Below, piece after piece: positions 7,103 through 15,067 of a stretch of DNA of 41,004 nt. The translations under genes and the position numbers were made by a program. How positions within the stretch are numbered: the stretch's first letter is position 1; every line of letters begins with the position of its first letter. Source of the DNA: a virus (lineage: Duplodnaviria; Caudoviricetes); IMG/VR virus record IMGVR_UViG_3300003406_000169, positions 1 through 41,004 of that record; one strand, written 5' to 3'. The notes under the pieces were generated by a model. That model did not search any database and was not told where the DNA came from. It saw only the letters and a program-made list of their open reading frames with translations.

Positions 7103-7865
7103 CCACATAATGCTATCTGAGGAAGAAACAGCGACGGCACTCATAGCAGCTAAACGCAAAAAGGAGAATTTGCAAAAAGAACAGGAAAACCTGAAACGAA
7201 TGGAAGCCAATCGCAGATATCTTACCGGCTACCAGTGGAGTTATGAGCAAACGAAATCTTTCATGCAGTACCGTGCCAATATGCTGTTTGAAGGAAAATT
7301 TAAGCTGGATGAAAAAAATTTTTCTGTGTTTGAATTGCTCACGCATTACTTCAGCAATTCATCCGGCTTTATTCCATTAGCTCAAGATATGGGAGTGAAA
7401 AACCCGTCATTAGAAAAGGGCATCCTGTTGGCCGGCATCCCTGGTACTGGAAAAACCTGGCTGATGAAACTTTTCTCCAAAAATCAAAGGCAGGTGTTTT
7501 TTATGAAAAATGCAAAGGCGATTTCTGAAAGCTACGCATCCGGGGGATGGGATGGCATACAGGAATATCTGGAGCCAGTAAAAAACCCAGTAAATGATGC
7601 TGGTGCGTTTTTTCACCCCATTGCGGGCATTTGTATTGATGATACAGGAACTGAAGACGTTCGACAAAACTTTGCCAATAAAAGCAATGTGATTGGTGAT
7701 ATCATTCAGGTGCGGTATGATACCAGGTATACAGGTCCGTTACTGCACGCGACAACAAATTTAAAGGCGGATCAGCTAAAAGATTTCTACGGTGAAAGGG
7801 TATCCAGCCGTATGAAAGAAGTTTTCAATTTTATTCAAATAGCCGGAAGCGATAGGAGAAAGTAG
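7020..7865 (+). CDS. DnaC/IstB-like AAA+ ATPase (helicase loader)
   Basis: Walker A GIPGTGKT, Walker B ICIDD, TTNL and YGERVSSRM motifs; directly after the initiator. Confidence 0.8.
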   Translation: MTSFQTELEKTEKLSLKQTQMQILDSYSHIMLSEEETATALIAAKRKKENLQKEQENLKRMEANRRYLTGYQWSYEQTKSFMQYRANMLFEGKFKLDEKNFSVFELLTHYFSNSSGFIPLAQDMGVKNPSLEKGILLAGIPGTGKTWLMKLFSKNQRQVFFMKNAKAISESYASGGWDGIQEYLEPVKNPVNDAGAFFHPIAGICIDDTGTEDVRQNFANKSNVIGDIIQVRYDTRYTGPLLHATTNLKADQLKDFYGERVSSRMKEVFNFIQIAGSDRRK

Positions 7866-7866
7866 T

Positions 7867-9519
7867 ATGCCACGAAAAAAATCATATATAACCGTTAAGG
7901 ATCAATTCTGCGGAAGCGGGGGAAGCAGTCAAGGAGCTAAGGCCGCCGGAGCTGAGGTAAGAGTAGCAATGAATCATTGGAAACTGGCAATTGAAACCCA
8001 TAGCACAAACTTTCCTGATACAATGCACGATTGCACTGATATTTCTGCAAGTGATCCGCGGCGTTATCCTTCCACCGATATATTAATTACTTCACCAGAA
8101 TGTACTAATCACAGTTTAGCCAAGGGAAAGAAAATCCTTAAAAAGCAAATGGATTTGTTTGCATCTGGTAAAATGGATCCCGCCGCGGAAAGAAGCCGGG
8201 CAACAATGTGGGATGTGCCACGCTTTGCAGAATACCACAATTATAATGGTGTTATTGTTGAAAATGTAGTTGATGCGAGGAAATGGGTAATGTTTGACGC
8301 TTGGTTAAAGGCAATGCATTCATTGGGATATATGCATAAATGTGTATACAGGAATAGCATGCATTTTCACCCCACACCACAAAGTAGGGATAGAATGTAT
8401 GTGGTTTTTTGGAAAAGAGGCAACAAAGCTCCTGATCTTAATTACATGCCCCTGGCTAATTGTCAAAAATGTTGTAAAAATGTAAATGCAATACAGTCCT
8501 GGAAGCCAGACCAGAAATCATTTAAGTATAAAACCGGTTATCAATATTGTTGCCCAACCTGTAGTACAGTAGTTGAACCGTATTATTATGCAGCATTTAA
8601 TTGTATAGATTGGTCCGATATTGGAAAAAAAATTGGTGACAGAGAAAAACCACTAAGCCCCAATACTATAAAGAGGATTAATTACGGAATTGACAAATTT
8701 GGGGGGCAGCCGCTTCAAATTGTAAATTATACGCCTGGTTATACAAAAACATTGGGCGAAGCGACTGCAACGATTACGACCAGGGATAGTTGTGGGTTAT
8801 TAACTCCCTTTGTAATCAATGACCAGCATTCAACTGGTATAGATTTCAGAGTTAGGGGTATGGGAGATATATTAAACACTGTAACCACAACTCCACACTT
8901 TAAAATTATACAACCATTCATTTTAAAGGCTGAACATTCTAATCAAACAAATGTTCGCGGTTCTATGTTTCCGTTTCAAACGCAGACCACAAGACAAAGT
9001 ATGGGATTGATTTGCGATCCTTTATTAATTGAAATGAACAGAACCGGAAAAGCTAAGCCATTAACTCAACCAACATCAACATTTACAGCCGGAGGGATAA
9101 ATCATGCATTAGCTGTTCCTGTTATTCCGATAGCCAGGGGGAAGAGTATGTCCATATCTGCCTTTGATGCCTTAAATACCGTTTCTGCCGGAGGAATTCA
9201 TTCGGGTATTCTTACTACTGATCAATGGAATAGTTTCATTGCCTACAATTATAATGGCAATCAAATTAGCCACATTTCCGAAGCCTGTGATACAGTAACA
9301 ACTAAAGAGAGGATGAGCTTATTGAGCTATCAAAAGCCGTCTGTTGAAGATTGCTATTACAGAATGCTCAAGCCGCATGAAATACAATTGGCAATGGCCT
9401 TTGATAAAAATTATGTTGTATTGGGATCCGGGAAAGATAAAGTTCGGCAATTGGGAAACGCTGTTACCCCTCCTGTAATGGAATGGTTGGTAAGGCAAGT
9501 AATAGCATCATTAAAATAA
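7867..9519 (+). CDS. DNA (cytosine-5)-methyltransferase, orphan
   Basis: FCGSGG (motif I), SPEC (IV), ENV (VI), QSRDR (VIII), C-terminal LGNAV (X). Confidence 0.88.
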   Translation: MPRKKSYITVKDQFCGSGGSSQGAKAAGAEVRVAMNHWKLAIETHSTNFPDTMHDCTDISASDPRRYPSTDILITSPECTNHSLAKGKKILKKQMDLFASGKMDPAAERSRATMWDVPRFAEYHNYNGVIVENVVDARKWVMFDAWLKAMHSLGYMHKCVYRNSMHFHPTPQSRDRMYVVFWKRGNKAPDLNYMPLANCQKCCKNVNAIQSWKPDQKSFKYKTGYQYCCPTCSTVVEPYYYAAFNCIDWSDIGKKIGDREKPLSPNTIKRINYGIDKFGGQPLQIVNYTPGYTKTLGEATATITTRDSCGLLTPFVINDQHSTGIDFRVRGMGDILNTVTTTPHFKIIQPFILKAEHSNQTNVRGSMFPFQTQTTRQSMGLICDPLLIEMNRTGKAKPLTQPTSTFTAGGINHALAVPVIPIARGKSMSISAFDALNTVSAGGIHSGILTTDQWNSFIAYNYNGNQISHISEACDTVTTKERMSLLSYQKPSVEDCYYRMLKPHEIQLAMAFDKNYVVLGSGKDKVRQLGNAVTPPVMEWLVRQVIASLK

Positions 9520-9523
9520 AAGT

Positions 9524-9946
9524 ATGGTAAAGGCAAGAGTTATGATAGGCATTGATCCGGGGGTTAATACAGGTTTTTGTGTTTATAACAAAAAAACAAA
9601 GTTAATACGCGAGATCGAAACATTTAAGATTCATGAAGCAATGGCGTCTGTTTTAAGAGTGTCAGACTATTATAGTCAATCTGTCTTTATAAGGATTGAA
9701 GATGCCAGGCAAAGGAAGTGGTTTGGTAAAAATACCATTGGAAAAGATCAGGGTGCCGGTAGTATAAAAAGGGATTGTACAATTTGGGAGGATTTTTTAA
9801 ACGATCATGGAATTCCATTTGAGATGGTGCCACCCAAAAACAATATAACGAAATTATCTGCGTCCAATTTTAAAAAACATACTGGCATTACTCAACGGAC
9901 AAGCCAGCATGCACGTGACGCCGCAATGTTAGTTTATGGCTTTTAA
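9524..9946 (+). CDS. RuvC-like Holliday junction resolvase/nuclease
   Basis: IGIDPG, IED and HARDAA RNase H-fold catalytic pattern. Confidence 0.7.
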   Translation: MVKARVMIGIDPGVNTGFCVYNKKTKLIREIETFKIHEAMASVLRVSDYYSQSVFIRIEDARQRKWFGKNTIGKDQGAGSIKRDCTIWEDFLNDHGIPFEMVPPKNNITKLSASNFKKHTGITQRTSQHARDAAMLVYGF

Positions 9947-9957
9947 ATTTAAAAAAT

Positions 9958-10632
9958 ATGATCACAGTTGATGTAAATCGGGCTATGAAAGATATATCCC
10001 GGAATTTCAAAAAATTACAACGGGAGCAAATTGATAAAGCCACGTCAAGGGCTATCAATAAAACACTTTTGAAGGCACGGACTGAAGCGCGCAGAGCAGT
10101 CAAGGATGTTTACAATATCCCTCAAAAGAACTTAGAGGGTATTCGCCGGATTACTTCAAAACCTTCCTTTTTGGAGGGCTACATAAAAGCCAGCACCATA
10201 CCAATTCCAATGGATGCTTTTTCCCCAAAGTTTGAAACAGCTACATCCAGTGTGTCAGTATCAAGAAAAGGGGTACAGCGTACCAAGGAGTTTAAGCGTA
10301 AAAGGAAATCCCCTGCTATGGGTGTAAGTATTGAGGTGTATAAAAGCAAAAGGGAGACTGTGCCATTTGCTTTTATGATAAAGGGGGGAAAACCCAGGGT
10401 ATTTGCCAGGGGTCAGTATAAGACTGGTGGCGGATCATATGGATTCATAAGGCGTTATAAAAGAGTGAATAAAACAGGGAGTGATATTCCTGTTAAGCCC
10501 TTACTATCTGTTACTGTGCATGGTGCTGTTATTAACGAAAGGGTATTGGGTAATATCAAACGTATTGTATTGCCGCACTTTAGTAGCACTATGGAGCATG
10601 AGATAAATTATATCATAAGTCAATCTAAATGA
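9958..10632 (+). CDS. Basic protein resembling lambda gpZ-like tail completion protein
   Basis: KATSRAINKT...ARTEARRAV..YNI pattern; very basic. Confidence 0.5.
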   Translation: MITVDVNRAMKDISRNFKKLQREQIDKATSRAINKTLLKARTEARRAVKDVYNIPQKNLEGIRRITSKPSFLEGYIKASTIPIPMDAFSPKFETATSSVSVSRKGVQRTKEFKRKRKSPAMGVSIEVYKSKRETVPFAFMIKGGKPRVFARGQYKTGGGSYGFIRRYKRVNKTGSDIPVKPLLSVTVHGAVINERVLGNIKRIVLPHFSSTMEHEINYIISQSK

Positions 10633-10728
10633 GGTTGGTATAGTGAAGGAACCTGGCAGGTTGTTGACCTATGACAATAATTATCAAATGGTAAGGCCCC
10701 CGGCATCGGTTCCCCCTAAATCTAAATG

Positions 10729-10754
10729 TTCTGCGGCTACCCGGAGCCGCAGAA
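10729..10754. promoter_or_regulatory. 10-bp inverted repeat upstream of terS; candidate cos/packaging site
   Basis: TTCTGCGGCT-acccgg-AGCCGCAGAA in the intergenic region before the small terminase. Confidence 0.35.
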
Positions 10755-10802
10755 AACCGTTAGCGATAGAGTTTTTTTAAGTCCGCAGGCGTTGATTACC
10801 AA

Positions 10803-11372
10803 ATGATAAAGAAAATTGATAACACTAAAATATCAGTTAGGGAATATGCAAGGCGGCTGGGGGTTGATGAAAAAGCCATTCGGAAGGCAATCGAATCTGC
10901 AAAAATTAAAAAGGGCTATGACCCTAAACTGAAAAAAATTATACCCGCCATTGCCAATAAGGAATATGGCAACACTGTAGTAAAAAAACCACCAAAGCAA
11001 GATCCACCTCCTAAAAAAAAGCCGGCAAAGCGAAAACATAAAAATGACCATGAGGATAGGCTTTTTGCAAAGGATAATGATTCTTATGCTGAAGCGCTAA
11101 GAAAGGACACAATAATTAAAGCAAATACCAATGCTTTGAAATTGCGAATGCGTGAGGGTGAACTGGTAGAAAAGCAAAAGGTTTTTAAAGAGTTATTTTC
11201 TTTTGGAAAACAAATAAGAATAAAATTCCAAAGTGTACCGGATAGGATAATTGATGATCTACTGGCCGCACCAGGAAGAAACGAAGCTCACACCATTTTA
11301 TTTAATGCAATTGCTGATGTCCTGGATGAATTAACAGGGGTCGGTGAAAGCGATTTAAAACTTAATCAGTAA
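10803..11372 (+). CDS. Terminase small subunit (Nu1-like)
   Basis: N-terminal HTH SVREYARRLGVDEKAIRKAI; C-terminal LKLRMREGELVE...FQSVPDR pattern. Confidence 0.7.
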   Translation: MIKKIDNTKISVREYARRLGVDEKAIRKAIESAKIKKGYDPKLKKIIPAIANKEYGNTVVKKPPKQDPPPKKKPAKRKHKNDHEDRLFAKDNDSYAEALRKDTIIKANTNALKLRMREGELVEKQKVFKELFSFGKQIRIKFQSVPDRIIDDLLAAPGRNEAHTILFNAIADVLDELTGVGESDLKLNQ

Positions 11373-11614
11373 TGAAAATTGAAACAAAATTCAACATTGG
11401 TGACCCAGTCTTCTACATGAATGGCAACAAAGTCATTCAGTCCACAATTCATAATGTGCATGTCGAAACGTATGACGGGGAGGTGGTTATACTTTATGAC
11501 CTGTTTCCTCCCAATGATGAAATGAAATTGCGTGAAGATGAAAACAGCGTTTTTAAAACAATTGAAGATTTGTTTGAGCACCTGAAGAAAACACAGATTG
11601 TTGACACTGAGTAA
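11372..11614 (+). CDS. Hypothetical phage protein
   Basis: 80 aa; MKIETKFNIGD start typical of small phage proteins. Confidence 0.6.
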   Translation: MKIETKFNIGDPVFYMNGNKVIQSTIHNVHVETYDGEVVILYDLFPPNDEMKLREDENSVFKTIEDLFEHLKKTQIVDTE

Positions 11615-11621
11615 TTACAGC

Positions 11622-12299
11622 ATGAAACTAATACCGATTTTATACAGTACGCCAATGGTGCAGGCTATACAGGATGATAGAAAAAACAAGACCAGAAGAA
11701 TAGTGAAGGGCAAGGCTTTGGATTGGCTGCAGCCAAATATGTTCACCGCTGAATTTGTAGCCCGACCCGAAAACAGTATGTGCCCATATGGTAAGTCAGG
11801 CGATGTGCTTTGGGTAAGGGAAATGCATTACAGCTATGGGTGCTGGGTTAAGGACGGACTCACGAAAACCGGCAAACAAAAATGGAAGTTCAAACCTGAT
11901 GATAGTTTCGAAACGGTTAGGTATTTCGATGACCCGCCAAATAAAATTGAAGAAAATTCATATAGGGGTACAGGATGGTATAAGCGTCTTGCCAGGTTCA
12001 TGTTCCGCAAGCATAGCCGCATATTCCTCAAAGTAACCGACATACATGTGGAGTGCCTGCATGATATATCACAGGAAGATGCTGTAGCAGAGGGGATCAA
12101 ACCTATTCAATCATTTGAATCTGGTACCGGTATATCGAAGCGCCAAATGTTTGAAAATTATTTGCCTATGGGATACATGGAGGTTTTGCCAATAGATTCA
12201 TTCAAATCTCTTTGGATAAAAATAAATGGGCAACAGTCCTGGGATTCCAACCCGTGGGTATGGGTGATCAGTTTTGAAAAAACCGAAAAACCTACATAA
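11622..12299 (+). CDS. ASCH/PUA-like domain phage protein
   Basis: PILYSTPMVQAI..RK.KTRR, GDVLWVRE, LHDISQEDAVAEG and WDSNPWVWVISF motifs; ATG 11622 preferred over TTG 11598. Confidence 0.7.
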   Translation: MKLIPILYSTPMVQAIQDDRKNKTRRIVKGKALDWLQPNMFTAEFVARPENSMCPYGKSGDVLWVREMHYSYGCWVKDGLTKTGKQKWKFKPDDSFETVRYFDDPPNKIEENSYRGTGWYKRLARFMFRKHSRIFLKVTDIHVECLHDISQEDAVAEGIKPIQSFESGTGISKRQMFENYLPMGYMEVLPIDSFKSLWIKINGQQSWDSNPWVWVISFEKTEKPT

Positions 12300-12307
12300 A
12301 AATCATT

Positions 12308-12583
12308 ATGGAACTAAACATAGTTAACCAAACAGCCCCAACATTTCATGAAGCTGTTGGTATATCAGAAAGTAGAGCAAATGAATTATCGGACGCCTTG
12401 GATGCCATGGTAGAACGGTACTCTTCCCGGACGCAATTGGTCCGCGTGTGCGATGTATTTTATGAGATTGTTAGTTTTTGTAGCAATATGGAAGAGGTAA
12501 TTTACTGCACTCTCAATCACGCAAATTGGCATGCTGCCCGCGGCATGCTCCTATGCCCACCTCAAAATAAAAACAGGTCATGA
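12308..12583 (+). CDS. Hypothetical protein
   Basis: 91 aa ORF coupled to the next gene. Confidence 0.55.
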   Translation: MELNIVNQTAPTFHEAVGISESRANELSDALDAMVERYSSRTQLVRVCDVFYEIVSFCSNMEEVIYCTLNHANWHAARGMLLCPPQNKNRS

Positions 12584-13092
12584 TAGAAAATCTTTATACC
12601 CCATCCTGCATAAGAACATTTACCGGCAAGTACATCAATGTTTTCAATCCGGATCCAGAGTTAATTTGTATTGAAGATATTGCCCATTCGCTTTCAAACC
12701 AATGCCGGTTTGGTGGACATCTTCCAGAATTTTATTCAGTGGCACAACACAGCTTTTATTGTGCGTCATGGGTTGCCAAAGAACATAAGTTGGCCGCTTT
12801 GCTTCATGATGCAAGTGAAGCGTACCTATTGGACATACCCAGTCCGGTAAAGGCCGGACTATCCAATTACAAAGAAATTGAGGATCAGCTAATGCAGTTG
12901 ATAGCCGAAAAGTTTGGGTTTAAATATCCGCTGGATGATGAAGTTAAAAATATAGATAAAGAATTACTGCAGTTGGAATGGGAGCAGCTCATGCTGAGAA
13001 AAAAGGGCAGATGGTACCGCGATATAGTGCCTGTCATTCCCGTTACCGCTAAAGGTGTTTTTTTAAACAAGTTCAAAAGTTTAACGCAATAA
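12580..13092 (+). CDS. HD-domain phosphohydrolase (YfbR/YfdR-like 5'-deoxynucleotidase)
   Basis: IEDIAHSLS..CRFGGH, YSVAQHS, ALLHDASEAYL.DIPSPVK. Confidence 0.85.
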   Translation: MIENLYTPSCIRTFTGKYINVFNPDPELICIEDIAHSLSNQCRFGGHLPEFYSVAQHSFYCASWVAKEHKLAALLHDASEAYLLDIPSPVKAGLSNYKEIEDQLMQLIAEKFGFKYPLDDEVKNIDKELLQLEWEQLMLRKKGRWYRDIVPVIPVTAKGVFLNKFKSLTQ

Positions 13093-13102
13093 GAACAAAT
13101 GT

Positions 13103-13351
13103 ATGAATAAATTAAACCCTTCAGAAGTTTTCATTATCCATATGGCATTGCAATCACTTATTGATGATACAGAATCAGTATGCAAGAATGCCAGAATTCC
13201 ATTCACACCAGAGGCAAGAAAGGACATGAAAGACATTTTGGATAATGCAAAAAGCGCCTTGAAAAAAATAACTGTTGTATCGGGGTCCACAATAAGAATG
13301 GATCCATACAAAGAAGGTGATGAGGCTGAATTTTTAACTAAGCAGTCTTAA
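13103..13351 (+). CDS. Hypothetical protein
   Basis: 82 aa ORF in operon. Confidence 0.55.
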   Translation: MNKLNPSEVFIIHMALQSLIDDTESVCKNARIPFTPEARKDMKDILDNAKSALKKITVVSGSTIRMDPYKEGDEAEFLTKQS

Positions 13352-13944
13352 TGAGTAATATGCAATTACTTCAAGCCAGGAGGATAGCTGTGGATATTTG
13401 TTATCTGCTGCAACCGTATTGCAGCAAAATCAATATTGCCGGAAGCATTCGCCGGCAAAAGGCTGAAGTGAAGGACATTGAAATTGTTTGTCTGCCAATT
13501 GTAACCGAAATGACAGATTTATTTGGTGCTGTTATTAAAACACAACGCAGTGAATTGTTTTTTAATGAATGCAAAAAGTTAGGCACTTCGGTTAAAGGGA
13601 ATCCGGGTGGCAAATACATGCAGATCAGTTTGCCATCAGGCGTAAACCTTGATTTATTCATGCCAGAGGCTGCGGATTATTTCAGGCAATATGCCATCCG
13701 TACCGGTTCGGCTGATTATTCTTATAAGGTAATCGCTGCTGCCTGGAAAAGAAAGGGATGGTGTGGATCTGATTTGGGTTTAAGAAAAATGATTGATTGT
13801 CTGGAAATCAAAACGCCTGATGGAAAAAGCAAGTGGAAATGTGTTAATTCAGCCGGGGAAATTCCGCCGGTGTGGGAAAGTGAAGAAGTATTTTTTTCCT
13901 GGCTGGGGGTTGATTATTTACCCCCAAAATACAGAAACTTTTAA
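13351..13944 (+). CDS. Minimal DNA polymerase X-like nucleotidyltransferase
   Basis: IAGSIRRQK..VKDIEIV, LDLF, RTGSADY and SEEVFFSWLGVDYLPPKYR match PolX palm/thumb motifs. Confidence 0.8.
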   Translation: MSNMQLLQARRIAVDICYLLQPYCSKINIAGSIRRQKAEVKDIEIVCLPIVTEMTDLFGAVIKTQRSELFFNECKKLGTSVKGNPGGKYMQISLPSGVNLDLFMPEAADYFRQYAIRTGSADYSYKVIAAAWKRKGWCGSDLGLRKMIDCLEIKTPDGKSKWKCVNSAGEIPPVWESEEVFFSWLGVDYLPPKYRNF

Positions 13945-13946
13945 GC

Positions 13947-14207
13947 ATGGATGAGAATTTTGAAATGGAAGTTGGCAAAATATACTTTGTCAGCTTTGGT
14001 ATTAATACCCAAATTGTTGGCAGGTATAAAGGGTCTGATGCCTGTAATCATTACTTTTTTGATATCCTTCACTATTGGAATGGGTATGAAAGTTTTAGAA
14101 AACAAAAAGAGTATTGTGTGAGAAATGGAATAGAGGAAATCCGGCCCGCTACATTGCCTGAAAAGCATACATTAATCCGATTTGAGTTAGAACATAATTG
14201 TATATAA
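13947..14207 (+). CDS. Hypothetical protein
   Basis: 86 aa ORF in operon. Confidence 0.55.
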   Translation: MDENFEMEVGKIYFVSFGINTQIVGRYKGSDACNHYFFDILHYWNGYESFRKQKEYCVRNGIEEIRPATLPEKHTLIRFELEHNCI

Positions 14208-14546
14208 ATGAAACAATCAAATAAGAAGGCCCCCATTCCTGAAATATTGACCCTGGATGATATTCTAAAAATAAGAAACCAGCTTCCAGATAACTGGATG
14301 TGGCACAAATGTTATGAGTTGGGGTACATAAATACCCGGACTGGTCAGGAATTTATAAAGAAGCATTGGGCTTTAACCTCTCCGGATAATAAAGGTTGCG
14401 TTCATTCTCTTGGTTTAATAAGCCACGATTGTACCTCATCAAGAAAAGAGTTTATTGAAAATGATATACCCGTGCAGTTCGTGGAGAAAAGTTTACTGAT
14501 CATTGATTTTTTATTGGCTGAAATTGAAAAACTGAAAGCAATATGA
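14208..14546 (+). CDS. Hypothetical protein
   Basis: 112 aa ORF abutting the previous gene. Confidence 0.55.
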   Translation: MKQSNKKAPIPEILTLDDILKIRNQLPDNWMWHKCYELGYINTRTGQEFIKKHWALTSPDNKGCVHSLGLISHDCTSSRKEFIENDIPVQFVEKSLLIIDFLLAEIEKLKAI

Positions 14547-14558
14547 AAAATATTTTTT

Positions 14559-14816
14559 ATGAGAACGAAAGTTGAAATAGCTGCACTAATGTATAAGTGT
14601 CAATCGTCGGCTAAAGTATTGTTTGCAGAACAGTATGATGAAAAAATTTTATGGTATAAAGACTTGATTCGGGCTTGTCAAAAAAAACATGAGTTAGAAG
14701 TGCTTGAAGCTGTAATGAAATTGAGTAATGATGATGCAGTTAAAGAAAACGGAATGGCAGTAATGTTTTTAATGGCTGCTGCTGTCGAACTGATTGAGCC
14801 GAATTCAGTAGCATAG
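14559..14816 (+). CDS. Hypothetical protein
   Basis: 85 aa helical ORF. Confidence 0.55.
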   Translation: MRTKVEIAALMYKCQSSAKVLFAEQYDEKILWYKDLIRACQKKHELEVLEAVMKLSNDDAVKENGMAVMFLMAAAVELIEPNSVA

Positions 14817-14884
14817 CCACCAGCGGTTGACGGCTATGCGTTCACCGCCCTGAGCAAACTTGAAATCTAATTAAAAGTTATACT

Positions 14885-15067
14885 ATGTCAAACGAACAAA
14901 TTGCAGATTTTCTGAAAGGCGAAATTTATAAAATAGAAAAAAGCAAAGAAGAGGCTAAAACAGATCCAGATGGACGTATTGTTACGGTACACATCAATGC
15001 CGAAATATTTTTGAAAATGGCTTATTTGTTTGTCGGTATTCACGGTGGCAGCCCTTCCGAATTTTAA
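14885..15067 (+). CDS. Hypothetical protein
   Basis: 60 aa ORF whose stop abuts the terL start. Confidence 0.5.
   Translation: MSNEQIADFLKGEIYKIEKSKEEAKTDPDGRIVTVHINAEIFLKMAYLFVGIHGGSPSEF

Noticed and set aside
7867-9946. MTase plus adjacent nuclease as a restriction-modification system
   Set aside because: The nuclease has RuvC-like GIDPG motifs in the usual resolvase position, not a restriction endonuclease pattern.
12580-13092. HD hydrolase as DatZ of a 2-aminoadenine (Z-genome) pathway
   Set aside because: No PurZ or MazZ-like gene in the window; YfbR/YfdR-like HD proteins are common in temperate phages.
14810-14840. GCATAGCC...GGCTATGC inverted repeat as an attC-like cassette site for the terS-terL insert
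   Set aside because: Single copy; no similar sites seen between the other insert genes and no integron integrase in the window.
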